A DNA stretch of 64,000 nt from Bacteroidota bacterium (GCA_947487525.1 CANKWR010000005.1:3958-67957), one strand, 5' to 3'; positions 9,562 through 20,252 are shown, counted from the stretch's first letter. A program made the numbers and translations. The notes: generated from the sequence alone by a model not told the origin.

Positions 9562-10635
9562 ATGCGTTTGTATATTCTAACTACTACTTCACTGCCTATG
9601 CCAAGGCTGATTCTTATGGACACGATCAAGGAATTGGTCAATAATTTGGTAAGTGCTCCGCATCATGAAATAGTCCTAGTGGGGGAACAATTGCCCGCCA
9701 CTTTCACCAATTTCTGTGCATCATTGGGGGCCGTTCGTATCTGTTCAAAACAATCCGCTATCGCTGAATTAAAGCAGGAACCAACTGCCAGGATATTGCA
9801 TTTCGGGGCAACCCTAAAAACAGCAAAGTTAGTTCCTACTTTTTTTATTCCATTAACCTTGCCCATCTACAATCAAGGGCGCTCGTTTATTCAGCAATTT
9901 TTGCAGCGCAAACAATTTAACCAATGGCTGGAACAGGCAGAAAATATTATTTGCTTGAATGATTGGATGTATGCTGCAGTTACTAAGCAATATCCAAATT
10001 ACACTTCAAAGTGTACCACCATTAATTGTCCTACTTTAACAGTGCCTAATTTTGAATGGCAACATTTATCATTGGCGCAATCGCAATTGACTAAAGGAAA
10101 AAATTATTTTTTATGTTTTGCCCCACAAGCGAGGTTTGTAGCCATTTTAAGAGAGTTTTCTGTTTTTAAAAAATGGCAATTAACCACCATGCAATTGGTA
10201 ATGGTGCATGATACCCATGATCAGGTTGCTGCCTCCAAAAAGCAATTGGAAGGGTATAAATTCAGGGAGGATATTTCTGTTATTTGTATTGAAGACTTTC
10301 AATTAGAATGGATTGCCGCCAGCTATGCAATTTTGTGGGAAGACGTTCACTATGCAGCTAATTTATGGGTGGAGTATGCTATTCAATATGAAATTCCCTT
10401 GTTGTTTGATCAAGAAATTGATTTTCCTGCATCCTGGGTAAAATTGGGGGAGGTATTTTCATTCACCGCACCCAATGCCTTATCGAATCATTTTAAATTA
10501 TATTATAAAGACGAAGTGTATCGATTGGCCAGTGCTCGATTGGGCAAGGAATGGTTGCTCAAACATCATCAGGCAAGCATCCAAGCAGGAAAGCCTTCCC
10601 TTGGTAATATTCTAGCAACGAGCGCGCAGCAATAA
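9562..10635 (+). CDS. Divergent GT-B (GT4-like) glycosyltransferase-related protein
   Basis: GKNYFLCF...LREFSVFKKWQ...MQLV and EYAIQYEIP resemble the GT4 C-terminal domain; catalytic motif degenerate. Confidence 0.5.
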   Translation: MRLYILTTTSLPMPRLILMDTIKELVNNLVSAPHHEIVLVGEQLPATFTNFCASLGAVRICSKQSAIAELKQEPTARILHFGATLKTAKLVPTFFIPLTLPIYNQGRSFIQQFLQRKQFNQWLEQAENIICLNDWMYAAVTKQYPNYTSKCTTINCPTLTVPNFEWQHLSLAQSQLTKGKNYFLCFAPQARFVAILREFSVFKKWQLTTMQLVMVHDTHDQVAASKKQLEGYKFREDISVICIEDFQLEWIAASYAILWEDVHYAANLWVEYAIQYEIPLLFDQEIDFPASWVKLGEVFSFTAPNALSNHFKLYYKDEVYRLASARLGKEWLLKHHQASIQAGKPSLGNILATSAQQ

Positions 10636-10685
10636 ACAATAAAATCTTACTTTCGTGTTTCTTTAAGATCATTAATAATCATAAC

Positions 10686-11033
10686 ATGCATCAATCCAAT
10701 ATCAATGTAACTGTTCATTTGGATGAACAAAAAATTCCTCAAAACATTCAATGGTCCGCAACCGATAGTACCGCCACCGAAGCACAGGATGCGCGCGCTA
10801 TGATGCTGACTTTTTGGGATCCAACTGATAAAACTGCTTTAAGAATTGACTTATGGACAAAAGATATGATGGTAGACGAGATGGCAGATTTTTTTTATCA
10901 GAATTTAATGGGGATGGGGGATACGTATTTAAGGGCTACGCAGGATAAAGCCATTGCGGATGATTTTAAAGAATTCGCAAAATCATTTTATCAAAAATTT
11001 AGAGCATCTCAAATTGACCAAAATCCAAAATAA
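10686..11033 (+). CDS. gldC: Gliding motility protein GldC
   Basis: LDEQKIPQNIQWSA, LRIDLWTKDMMVDEM, RAT. Confidence 0.9.
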   Translation: MHQSNINVTVHLDEQKIPQNIQWSATDSTATEAQDARAMMLTFWDPTDKTALRIDLWTKDMMVDEMADFFYQNLMGMGDTYLRATQDKAIADDFKEFAKSFYQKFRASQIDQNPK

Positions 11034-11039
11034 TATTTT

Positions 11040-11492
11040 ATGAGTTTAGAAACAGAAGTAATGTCTTTAATGAAAGACGCAATGAAAAGTAAAGAGGAGG
11101 CTGTATTAAGAGGACTAAGAGCAATCAAAGCAGAAATCATAAAAGCAAAAACCGAACCTGGCGCAAACGGGGAAATCTCCGCAGATACTGAAATAAAATT
11201 ACTGCAAAAGCTAGTGAAGCAAAGAAAGGATTCCTTGACGATTTATGAACAACAAAATAGACCCGATTTGGCCTCTAAGGAAGCTGAAGAAATTGCAGTC
11301 ATCGAACGTTTTTTACCTGCTCAAATGAGTGAGGCTGATATTAAAGCAGCGGTAGAAGCCATCATTGCAGAAGTGGGCGCAGCTGGTCCGCAGGATTTAG
11401 GAAAAGTAATGGGATTGGCTACAAAGCAATTAGCAGGTAAGGCCGACGGCAAGGTCATTTCGGCAATTGCCAAAGGCTTACTAACTCCCTAA
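11040..11492 (+). CDS. GatB/YqeY domain protein
   Basis: MKDAMKSK, KQRKDS, FLPAQMS, DLGKVMG, GKADGK. Confidence 0.92.
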   Translation: MSLETEVMSLMKDAMKSKEEAVLRGLRAIKAEIIKAKTEPGANGEISADTEIKLLQKLVKQRKDSLTIYEQQNRPDLASKEAEEIAVIERFLPAQMSEADIKAAVEAIIAEVGAAGPQDLGKVMGLATKQLAGKADGKVISAIAKGLLTP

Positions 11493-11494
11493 TT

Positions 11495-12010
11495 ATGTGG
11501 TTAGATTTACTTACGGGCACCCTACTGATTATTGCAATTTTACAAGGGTATCGGAATGGATTAATCCGCGCTATTCTCTCCTTTCTGTCCTTATTTATTG
11601 GGCTTATACTTGCATTTCAATTGGCAGGCTGGGTGTCGGCACAGTTAAAATTGAACACCAAAATTGCCTCTAATTTTTTGCCGTTTATCTCCTTTCTGAT
11701 TGTCCTTATTGTGGTATTGTTGGTGATAAGGTGGGTTTCAAATGTATTGCAACAAACAGCAGAATGGCTGATGTTGGGCTGGTTGAATAAACTGCTGGGT
11801 ATTTTGTTATATGCCTTTATTTATTTCACCGTGTTGAGTGCAGTCGTCTATTTTTTACTGCTGCTAGGGGTCATTGAAGTCGCCAAAATCAATCAGGCCT
11901 ATTCTTTTCACTATTTACAGTCCTGGTGGCCCTATTGTATGAATCATATTGGCCGCATTTTGCCCTCGGTAAAAACGACCATTGCTGGTTTTTCAAGTCC
12001 GTTGAAATAA
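11495..12010 (+). CDS. CvpA (colicin V production) family membrane protein
   Basis: GYRNGLI, LGWLNKLLG, four hydrophobic helices. Confidence 0.85.
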   Translation: MWLDLLTGTLLIIAILQGYRNGLIRAILSFLSLFIGLILAFQLAGWVSAQLKLNTKIASNFLPFISFLIVLIVVLLVIRWVSNVLQQTAEWLMLGWLNKLLGILLYAFIYFTVLSAVVYFLLLLGVIEVAKINQAYSFHYLQSWWPYCMNHIGRILPSVKTTIAGFSSPLK

Positions 12011-12124
12011 ACCCGCATGGGAGGCGTTTATCTTATTGTTAAGAAATGTAATATTTGTGTTATAGTCGGGTCATTTGGGGGGTAATTTCCGCTGAAATAA
12101 CTATCTTTAACCATATTGATTGAT

Positions 12125-12886
12125 ATGGAATACGAAATTAAAAAGGAAGGAAAATTTGAGTACCTCGAAGTGGGGAACGGAGCGCCCTTGGTGCTTTTGC
12201 ATGGTCTTTTTGGGGCATTGAGTAATTTTGCAGACTTAATTGAAAAATTTAGGGTAACCCATAAAGTAGTGGTGCCTTTATTGCCTTTATTTGACTTGGA
12301 TATTTTACATACGAGTGTTACTGGATTGGCAAAACATGTTACACAGTTTATTGAGTTTAAAGCATATGAAAAAGTACATTTATTAGGCAACTCATTAGGG
12401 GGGCATGTAGGCCTTGTGTATGTATTAAGTCATCCCGAAAAAGTTAAAACTTTAACCTTAACAGGAAGTAGTGGTTTGTTTGAAAATGCCATGGGGGACT
12501 CTTATCCAAAGCGCGGTGATTATGAGTACATTAAAAATAAAACAGCACAGACTTTTTACGATCCTGCAGTGGCTACGCCGGAATTAGTAGATGAGGTTTT
12601 TGAAATTACGCGAAACAGAATTAAAGTGATTAAAATTATTGCATTGGCAAAAAGTGCAATTCGAAATAATTTAGGAGAGGAATTAAATCAAATTAAGGTA
12701 CCTACCTGTTTGATTTGGGGTAAAAATGATACGGTTACTCCTCCATTTGTAGCAGAAGAATTTCATAAACTTATACCGCAGAGTGAGCTCCATTTTATTG
12801 ACAAGTGTGGACATGCGCCGATGATGGAAGTGCCTCATGCGTTCAATGATATCTTAGTCTCTTTTTTATCAAAGCATAGTAACTAG
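12125..12886 (+). CDS. Alpha/beta hydrolase
   Basis: LHGLFG, GNSLGG, IWGKND, CGHAPMME. Confidence 0.9.
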   Translation: MEYEIKKEGKFEYLEVGNGAPLVLLHGLFGALSNFADLIEKFRVTHKVVVPLLPLFDLDILHTSVTGLAKHVTQFIEFKAYEKVHLLGNSLGGHVGLVYVLSHPEKVKTLTLTGSSGLFENAMGDSYPKRGDYEYIKNKTAQTFYDPAVATPELVDEVFEITRNRIKVIKIIALAKSAIRNNLGEELNQIKVPTCLIWGKNDTVTPPFVAEEFHKLIPQSELHFIDKCGHAPMMEVPHAFNDILVSFLSKHSN

Positions 12887-12888
12887 TC

Positions 12889-13554
12889 ATGCCCATGTTA
12901 GCTTCCTCCATTGCCTTAAAAGGCATACCAATGCTGCATTTAGAGGATAAGGTTTCCTTTGCTTTACAATGCATGGAGGATTTCGATTTGCAACATTTGG
13001 CAGTGGTAAAGGAGGATTATTTTATTGGGATGATTAGCAAGTCCGATTTACTAGACAATGACGAATCAAATAGTTTGGACAAATTAAGTGATCAGTTTAT
13101 TAGAATAGGCGTAAGTACTACAGCTCATTTTTTAACTGCCTTGGATTTATTCACAAAAAATCAATTAACACTGCTCCCTGTTTTAAACGAACAACAAGAG
13201 TGCACTGGATTCATTACACAACAAAATCTAAATGATTGTTTAGCACAATTTTTAGGTGTAGCACAGCCGGGGGCTATATTGGTATTGTCCATTACTCCTT
13301 TTCAATATTCCTTGGCTGAAATGAGTAGACTGGTTGAAACCAATAATGCACAAATAGTGCAGTTGAATACTTTCTTTGATCAATCAAATGGCAATTTAAT
13401 TGTCACGCTAAAATTGAATCGGGACGAGGCTGGCGCCATTATTGCTACTTTTCAGCGTTATGATTATCAAGTGCTTCATTATTTTGGCAACTCCCCTTTA
13501 AATAATGATATCGAAGATCATTATCATCATTTAATGAATTATTTAGATGTTTAA
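12889..13554 (+). CDS. CBS domain protein (AcuB-like)
   Basis: Tandem CBS repeats plus ACT-like C-terminus (YSLAEMSRLVETNNA, FQRYDY, LMNYLDV). Confidence 0.8.
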   Translation: MPMLASSIALKGIPMLHLEDKVSFALQCMEDFDLQHLAVVKEDYFIGMISKSDLLDNDESNSLDKLSDQFIRIGVSTTAHFLTALDLFTKNQLTLLPVLNEQQECTGFITQQNLNDCLAQFLGVAQPGAILVLSITPFQYSLAEMSRLVETNNAQIVQLNTFFDQSNGNLIVTLKLNRDEAGAIIATFQRYDYQVLHYFGNSPLNNDIEDHYHHLMNYLDV

Positions 13555-14947
13555 AAAGTGTATTCCAATTTGTGTTTTGGTGATTTTTTTATTTGGAATA
13601 CAATTTCAGTTAAATGCGCAGTTCACCATTGGGCATATCACTGTTGAGGGAAATATAAAAACCAAGCCCAATATTATTAAAAGAGAATTGCCTTATAACG
13701 AAGGCAGTCTTGTTGCCGCGGATTCGCTTCCCATACTCAATACCATTGCAAAGCAGCAGCTTATTAATACGGCCTTGTTTTATGATGTACAAGTGACTAC
13801 TCAAATGATGGATAGTCAGTTGGTGGATGTACAAATAAAAGTGGTTGAAAGGTGGTACTTATTTCCATTGCCTTATTTCAGGTGGGTGGATAGAAATTTT
13901 AATGAATGGTGGAATGTGCAAAAACATAGTTTGGATCGGGTAAACTATGGTATTAATATTAGGCAGGCCAATGCTACCGGAAATAATGATAAACTCACTA
14001 TTGGATTTATAACAGGCTATACCCAGCAATCCATAGTAAAATATCAATTTCCTTATCTAGATAAAAAAATGCGTTTTGGAGTGGGAGGGGGTTGGCAATA
14101 TTTTACACAGAAGGAAATGAACACATCCACCTTCAAGGACAAGCAAGTATTTACAAATACCCAAGCCATTATTCAAAAAGGCTATCGGGCAAATTTAAGT
14201 TTGCTTTACCGACCCAACTTGTATGAACGACATAGTCTTCAATTCGGTGTTGGAGAGCTAAGTATTTCTGACTCCGCTAAAATGGTGCAGCCTGTTTATT
14301 TGCCAAACTATGGAAATAAATTGTCTTATTTTGATGCCACTGTAGCGTTTACAAAAATCAATTTTGATTATATTCCTTATCCTACTAAAGGGAATAGCAA
14401 TGAATTTTTTGTATATCATCGATTTTCTGGAAAAAATCCTTTAACTAGTTTTCAATTTAGAAAAATTCATGCGAATCGTTTTTATCATAATAAATTATTT
14501 TACTTTTTAGAAAGCAATACGCAAGGTAAATTCTTGTCCAACAATAATTATTTAGATAGTAAGTTAATGGGATATGGTAATATGCAAATGAACGGACTGG
14601 AGTATTATGTGATTGATGGCAATGCTGCCAGCATCTTTAAATCCGAACTGCATTATTTACTAGGTTCATTTACCAATCCTACCCACACAGGCATTGGCTT
14701 TGTTGATAAAATAAATAAACGACTTCCTGTAGTGCGGTATCAGTTTTGGTTAAAAGCCTATACCAATCTGGGATATGTATATAGTGAACGCCCCTTGAAT
14801 GCAAGTAGATTATCTAATACTTTGTTAAAAACCGCAGGTATTGGATTAGACATCATCAGCATTTATGATTTAGTGATAAAAATTGATTACAGCGTGAATC
14901 AGTTGGGGGACAAAGGGGTATATTTGCAAGGAGGAATAAACTTTTAA
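13547..14947 (+). CDS. POTRA-domain Omp85-like outer-membrane protein
   Basis: Signal peptide, ITVEGNIKTKPNIIKREL POTRA, VVERWY, beta-strand-rich C-terminus ending in F. Confidence 0.75.
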   Translation: MFKKCIPICVLVIFLFGIQFQLNAQFTIGHITVEGNIKTKPNIIKRELPYNEGSLVAADSLPILNTIAKQQLINTALFYDVQVTTQMMDSQLVDVQIKVVERWYLFPLPYFRWVDRNFNEWWNVQKHSLDRVNYGINIRQANATGNNDKLTIGFITGYTQQSIVKYQFPYLDKKMRFGVGGGWQYFTQKEMNTSTFKDKQVFTNTQAIIQKGYRANLSLLYRPNLYERHSLQFGVGELSISDSAKMVQPVYLPNYGNKLSYFDATVAFTKINFDYIPYPTKGNSNEFFVYHRFSGKNPLTSFQFRKIHANRFYHNKLFYFLESNTQGKFLSNNNYLDSKLMGYGNMQMNGLEYYVIDGNAASIFKSELHYLLGSFTNPTHTGIGFVDKINKRLPVVRYQFWLKAYTNLGYVYSERPLNASRLSNTLLKTAGIGLDIISIYDLVIKIDYSVNQLGDKGVYLQGGINF

Positions 14948-14956
14948 GCTTAATCA

Positions 14957-15838
14957 ATGAATGTTGCCATATATAGTAGAGGGTTTGATTTAGATCAACA
15001 ACAATCTTTAAATGCATTGTTGTTTGAATTGAATAGGTATGATATTACTATTTATGTTTACGAGGATTTATTGCACAAATTTTCATTGTCAAATCCTCCC
15101 GAAAAATCACCACTTATTCCTTTTCATTATTTCTCGGAATTACACAACAGTATTGACTGCTTAATTAGTTTAGGAGGAGATGGTACCGTATTGGATGCCA
15201 TTACATTAGTGGGCGACACGAATATTCCTATTTTAGGAATTAACTATGGTAGATTGGGATTTTTAGCCTCCATTTCAAAGGACGAATTATCCTTGATGGT
15301 GGATGCATTGGTGAATCGGACCTATGTAATTGAAAAAAGAACCTTACTTCATTTAGATGCCAACCTTCCCATTTTTGGAGGCACCCCTTTTGCTTTAAAT
15401 GAATTTGCTATTCACAAAAGAGACACATCGCCGATGATTAAAATTCATACTTATTTGAATGGCGAGTTTCTCAACTCCTATTGGGCAGATGGTTTAATTG
15501 TGGCAACACCAACGGGTTCAACGGGGTACAATATGAGTTGCAATGGGCCCATTTTATTTCCTGATTCAGCAAGTTTCGTAATTACACCAGTAGCGCCACA
15601 TAATTTGAATGTACGTTCAATCATTGTGCCAGATACTTCGGTGATCTCCTTTGAAATTGAAGGAAGAACAGAGGAATTGATTTGTGCGCTAGATGCACGC
15701 AAGGAAATTGTGCCTAAAACCATTGAATTAGCGGTGAAAAAAGAAAATTTTGCTGTTCATTTTATACGACTCAACGAAAATAGTTATCTTACAACCCTAA
15801 GAACAAAACTTACCTGGGGATTGGATAAAAGAAATTAA
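14957..15838 (+). CDS. nadK: NAD kinase
   Basis: GGDGT, GINYGRLGFL, NE, DGLIVATPTGSTGY. Confidence 0.95.
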   Translation: MNVAIYSRGFDLDQQQSLNALLFELNRYDITIYVYEDLLHKFSLSNPPEKSPLIPFHYFSELHNSIDCLISLGGDGTVLDAITLVGDTNIPILGINYGRLGFLASISKDELSLMVDALVNRTYVIEKRTLLHLDANLPIFGGTPFALNEFAIHKRDTSPMIKIHTYLNGEFLNSYWADGLIVATPTGSTGYNMSCNGPILFPDSASFVITPVAPHNLNVRSIIVPDTSVISFEIEGRTEELICALDARKEIVPKTIELAVKKENFAVHFIRLNENSYLTTLRTKLTWGLDKRN

Positions 15839-15841
15839 TGC

Positions 15842-16648
15842 ATGCGTAAAATTCAAGTCATATTTTTATTATCGAGTTTGTTATTTACAACTCAGTTGAC
15901 TGCGCAATATGTTTCCTTAGTTGAAAATAAAGGGGAGATAGGGATAAGTGCTGGACAATCATTTTATAGAGGGGACATTGCCTCCGATCAAATGTTTTCA
16001 AAACCAAGCTTTGGGGCTTATTATAAAAAGCAATTAAATGATTATGTTGGCATAAGATTCAACTATGAGTACATTTCCCTTGGGGCCAATGACATGCAGT
16101 CTTCCAATTTTTATGAATTCAAAAGAGGCTTAAACTTTTCAAGGGTTTCCCACGATGCAAGTGTCATGGGGGAGTTTTATTTTCTCCGATTCATCAGTGG
16201 TAATAAACGTTATCGATGCACTCCCTATTTAGGTTTTGGTGTGGGCGCTTGGAAATCCATTAGTGGCAGCACTAATATTGATACGCCTAGTACCCAAAGA
16301 ACCATTTTGTTCCCCATTAATTTAGGATTCAAATACAATGTATTTGGCCATTGGAATCTTTTCGGTGAAGTCACTTACCGATTCACCAACTCGGACAAAA
16401 TTGACTATTTTTCTGATCAGGATTTCCATGTTCCTGGCGGGACTCAATTAAAATTACAAGGAAGTAATTCAGGGATGGATCAATATGTAAGCTCTAAATT
16501 GGGCATTTCTTATAATTTATTTACTGTTTATGGGTTAGAAGAGAAAAAAGATACGCGCAGTCGAAAGTGGCTTTTCTTTAGAAAGAATGAGCACGCGCCT
16601 GAAAAATCCAATAAAAAGGGTCTTTTCGGCTTTCTAAAACGCAAATAA
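15842..16648 (+). CDS. PorG/DUF6089-like outer-membrane beta-barrel protein
   Basis: Signal peptide, GEIGISAGQSFYRGD, RGLNF, TPYLGFG, YRFTNSDKID; position between nadK and uppS-bamA. Confidence 0.65.
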   Translation: MRKIQVIFLLSSLLFTTQLTAQYVSLVENKGEIGISAGQSFYRGDIASDQMFSKPSFGAYYKKQLNDYVGIRFNYEYISLGANDMQSSNFYEFKRGLNFSRVSHDASVMGEFYFLRFISGNKRYRCTPYLGFGVGAWKSISGSTNIDTPSTQRTILFPINLGFKYNVFGHWNLFGEVTYRFTNSDKIDYFSDQDFHVPGGTQLKLQGSNSGMDQYVSSKLGISYNLFTVYGLEEKKDTRSRKWLFFRKNEHAPEKSNKKGLFGFLKRK

Positions 16649-16674
16649 GCAGGGTATTTTCTTATTTTTACATT

Positions 16675-17412
16675 ATGGAAAAATTGGATATGGAGCGTCT
16701 TCCAAAGCATGTTGCCATCATTATGGATGGAAATGGAAGGTGGGCTAAGGAACAAGGTCAAGACCGGTTATTTGGTCATTATCAAGGAGTTGTCAGCGTT
16801 CAGAAGGTAGTGGAGGCGGCTACTGAATTAGGGATACAATACCTTACTTTATATGCATTTAGTACGGAAAACTGGGATAGGCCTCAACCGGAAGTAACCG
16901 GCTTAATGACCCTATTTGTGGATACCCTATCCAAGGAAGTACCGGATTTACATAAAAATAAGATCAAATTACACTTTATTGGGAATCTTGATATGTTGCC
17001 CAAGGAAGCCAAAATGGCCCTCGATGAAGCCAGTGCATTGACTGCGCAAAATACCGGCTTGACCCTTATTATCGCATTGAGTTATAGCAGTAGATGGGAG
17101 CTGGTGGAAGCCACTAAAAATATTGCAGAAAAAGTACAAAATGGTCAATTGCCCATTGAGGAAATCAATGAAGCTACCATTTCTGAAAACCTGACTACCA
17201 GTGAGTTTCCGGATCCTGCATTAATGATTCGAACCAGTGGAGAATGCCGAATAAGTAATTTTTTATTATACCAATTGGCCTACGCCGAATTATACTTTAC
17301 CGACACCCGTTGGCCAGAGTTTCGCAAAGACGACCTTGTTAAGGCCTTGCTAGATTATCAGTCGAGAGAACGCAGATTCGGAAAAACAAGCGAGCAGGTA
17401 CAGATAAATTAA
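16675..17412 (+). CDS. uppS: Undecaprenyl diphosphate synthase
   Basis: HVAIIMDGNGRWA, YAFSTENW, IRTSGECRISNFLLYQ, RERRFG. Confidence 0.96.
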   Translation: MEKLDMERLPKHVAIIMDGNGRWAKEQGQDRLFGHYQGVVSVQKVVEAATELGIQYLTLYAFSTENWDRPQPEVTGLMTLFVDTLSKEVPDLHKNKIKLHFIGNLDMLPKEAKMALDEASALTAQNTGLTLIIALSYSSRWELVEATKNIAEKVQNGQLPIEEINEATISENLTTSEFPDPALMIRTSGECRISNFLLYQLAYAELYFTDTRWPEFRKDDLVKALLDYQSRERRFGKTSEQVQIN

Positions 17413-17495
17413 AAAATATAATAATATATTTTATTTTGTTTTTTAACAAAGACTTTGAAATATTACGAGTAATTTGCGACACTTTTAAAACCTAA

Positions 17496-20252
17496 ATGTT
17501 CAGCCCCAAGCAGATGCAGAAATTTCTTCAATTTATCATAGGTATCCTATTCGTTATTCCGTTGACAAATACCAGTTTTGGTCAGGTTTTGCCTACCCAG
17601 GATTCAGTAGCACAAATAAATGTGAAATTGATGGGTATTTTCAATCAAAAAACACCTCAAAAATATAAGATCAGAAAAATTAAGGTGGTGGGAAACCAAA
17701 ACTTTGATGAGGGCTTGTTACTGTCATTATCCACTTTAAATAATGGCGATGAAGTCACAATTCCTGGAGGAGATAATTTCGCTAAGACGATTCATAAATT
17801 AATGGATCAAAATTACTTCAGTGATGTAAGTGTTTTTTTAACGGATGTGCAAGACAATCAAATTGATGTTGAAATTGATGTAGTTGAGCGTCCTAGATTG
17901 TCTAAATTCAGTTTTGTTGGTATCCGTAAATCTGACAATGATGAGTTGTCGGGTAAAACAGGGTTGTTGCCGAACAGGGTAGTTACTGAGAATATGAAAA
18001 TTACGGCAGTGGAAGGCATTAAAAAGTTTTATGCAGAAAAAGGTTTTCAGGATGTAAAAGTAACCATCAGAGAAAAGAAAGATCCAAACAGAAAAAATAA
18101 TTTACTATTAGAATTTGTCGTGGACAAGGGACCTAAAGTAAGAATCAATAATATCAATTTTGGCGGCAATGTGATTGAGGAAGGAGAGCTTAAAAAAAGT
18201 TTAAAAGAAATACACGAAAAATCAAGGCTTACCTTATTCCCAATTAATGACAGGCCAATGATTGTTAAAACAACTCCTTATACATTTGATGAATATCTCA
18301 GTGAAAAGGGTTTTTTAACGGTTACGAAAACAAAAAAAGTACTCAACCCTTATGCAAGAATATCTTTTTCTTCCTCTAAGTTCGATCCTATAAAGTACGA
18401 AGAGAGCAAGGAAAATTTATTGAATCACTATAATGCTTTAGGGTTTCGAGACGCAGTTATTGAAAAGGATACAGTATATCATAACAATGCAGGCAATTTA
18501 AATATTGACATGCAAATAAAAGAGGGACATAAATATTTTTTCGGAAATATTACATGGAGGGGAAACACAAAATATCCTGATTCTCTTTTAACAGCGATTT
18601 TAAATATCAAAAAAGGAGCTACCTATAACCGGGAAGTGTTGTACAATAAATTAGGAAAAACACAAACAGCCGAAGGGGGAGATATTAGTGGATTGTATCA
18701 GGACGATGGTTATTTGTTTTTTGCAGTAGATCCCATTGAAACTGCAGTTTACAATGACACTATTGACTATGAAATACGCGTAAGAGAAGGACCGCAAGCG
18801 ACTATTAAAACCATTCGTATTGCGGGTAATGAAAAAACAAAGGACTTTGTAATTCGTCGTGAAATTAGAACGGTACCTGGCGATAAATTTAGCCGTTCAT
18901 TGTTAATTCGTTCTCAACGTGAAATTGCACAATTGAATTTCTTTGACCAAGAAAAAATAAAAATTGATCCAATCCCTAATCCTGAAGACGGAACAGTGGA
19001 TATCAATTATGGGGTAGAAGAAAAATCAAGCGATCAATTAGAGTTAAGTGCTGGTTGGGGCGGATTTATTGGACTCACTGGAACCTTAGGGGTGACTTTT
19101 AATAATTTCTCTTCTAAAAATTTATTTAAGAAATCGGCTTGGGATCCATTGCCAATGGGGGATGGACAAAAGTTAAGTATCCGTGTACAAAGTAATGGTA
19201 AAGCCTTTAGGTCCATCAATGGCTCCTTTACGGAACCTTGGTTTGGTGGGGTAAAAAGAAACTCCTTATCGGTAAGTATTTTTAATACAAAATTTGGTCA
19301 AACAATTGATGCAACCACAGGGATGTATGACATTAATGCTGCGGACAATCAATATATATCAACGACGGGTGCTACGATTACCTTTAATCGTCAGCTTACT
19401 TGGCCTGATGACTATTTCTCATTTAGTTCGGGATTAAACTATACGCGTTATGCTTTAAAAAACTATCCAATTGATCCGTATAACTTGCCCAATTTTAAAA
19501 ATGGGAATGTAAATAACTTTAATCTTAGACTGTCTTTACAAAGAACTTCAATTGACCAACCTTTGTTCCCAAGAACAGGTTCTAACTTTTTATTGAGCGC
19601 GCAATTAACGCCCCCTTATTCATTGATTAATCCGTCTGTAAATTCAGGGGAGAACCAATTTGAATTATTGGAATACCATAAATGGAGATTTAACGGCGAA
19701 TGGTTTATTCCACTTGGCAAGCCAGCTGGAGAGGAACGCAATAAACAATTCGTGTTACGTTTTGCCGCAAAATATGGTTTCGTTGGAAGGTATAATACCA
19801 ATTTAAGTATTTCTCCTTTTGAGCGTTTTCAGGTAGGAGATGCGGGTTTGAGTAATCAATTTGCATTGCTTGGATATGACATCATTGCACAAAGAGGATA
19901 CCCCGTTTACCAAAATTCTAATCCTAAAATAAATCCGGATCAACAAAATGCTACGCAGCACTTTACTATTTTCAATAAATATGCAATGGAAGTAAGATAT
20001 CCATTAAGTTTAGCAGCTAGCAGTACTATTTACGCACTTGGATTTTTTGAAGCAGCCAATGGATGGTATAGCATGAAGGACTATAATCCATTTGAATTGC
20101 GTAGATCTGTTGGTTTGGGTATGCGCTTCTTTTTACCCATGTTTGGATTGTTAGGGTTTGACTATGGTATTGGTATTGACAGACTTAACAGTACCAACTC
20201 ATTTAAAGATGCGGGTCGCTTTACCTTTATGCTTGGATTTGAACCAGAATAG
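17496..20252 (+). CDS. bamA: Outer membrane protein assembly factor BamA
   Basis: Multiple POTRA domains (GNEKTKDFVIRREI), QRGY loop, GLLGFDYGIG; between uppS and skp. Confidence 0.95.
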   Translation: MFSPKQMQKFLQFIIGILFVIPLTNTSFGQVLPTQDSVAQINVKLMGIFNQKTPQKYKIRKIKVVGNQNFDEGLLLSLSTLNNGDEVTIPGGDNFAKTIHKLMDQNYFSDVSVFLTDVQDNQIDVEIDVVERPRLSKFSFVGIRKSDNDELSGKTGLLPNRVVTENMKITAVEGIKKFYAEKGFQDVKVTIREKKDPNRKNNLLLEFVVDKGPKVRINNINFGGNVIEEGELKKSLKEIHEKSRLTLFPINDRPMIVKTTPYTFDEYLSEKGFLTVTKTKKVLNPYARISFSSSKFDPIKYEESKENLLNHYNALGFRDAVIEKDTVYHNNAGNLNIDMQIKEGHKYFFGNITWRGNTKYPDSLLTAILNIKKGATYNREVLYNKLGKTQTAEGGDISGLYQDDGYLFFAVDPIETAVYNDTIDYEIRVREGPQATIKTIRIAGNEKTKDFVIRREIRTVPGDKFSRSLLIRSQREIAQLNFFDQEKIKIDPIPNPEDGTVDINYGVEEKSSDQLELSAGWGGFIGLTGTLGVTFNNFSSKNLFKKSAWDPLPMGDGQKLSIRVQSNGKAFRSINGSFTEPWFGGVKRNSLSVSIFNTKFGQTIDATTGMYDINAADNQYISTTGATITFNRQLTWPDDYFSFSSGLNYTRYALKNYPIDPYNLPNFKNGNVNNFNLRLSLQRTSIDQPLFPRTGSNFLLSAQLTPPYSLINPSVNSGENQFELLEYHKWRFNGEWFIPLGKPAGEERNKQFVLRFAAKYGFVGRYNTNLSISPFERFQVGDAGLSNQFALLGYDIIAQRGYPVYQNSNPKINPDQQNATQHFTIFNKYAMEVRYPLSLAASSTIYALGFFEAANGWYSMKDYNPFELRRSVGLGMRFFLPMFGLLGFDYGIGIDRLNSTNSFKDAGRFTFMLGFEPE

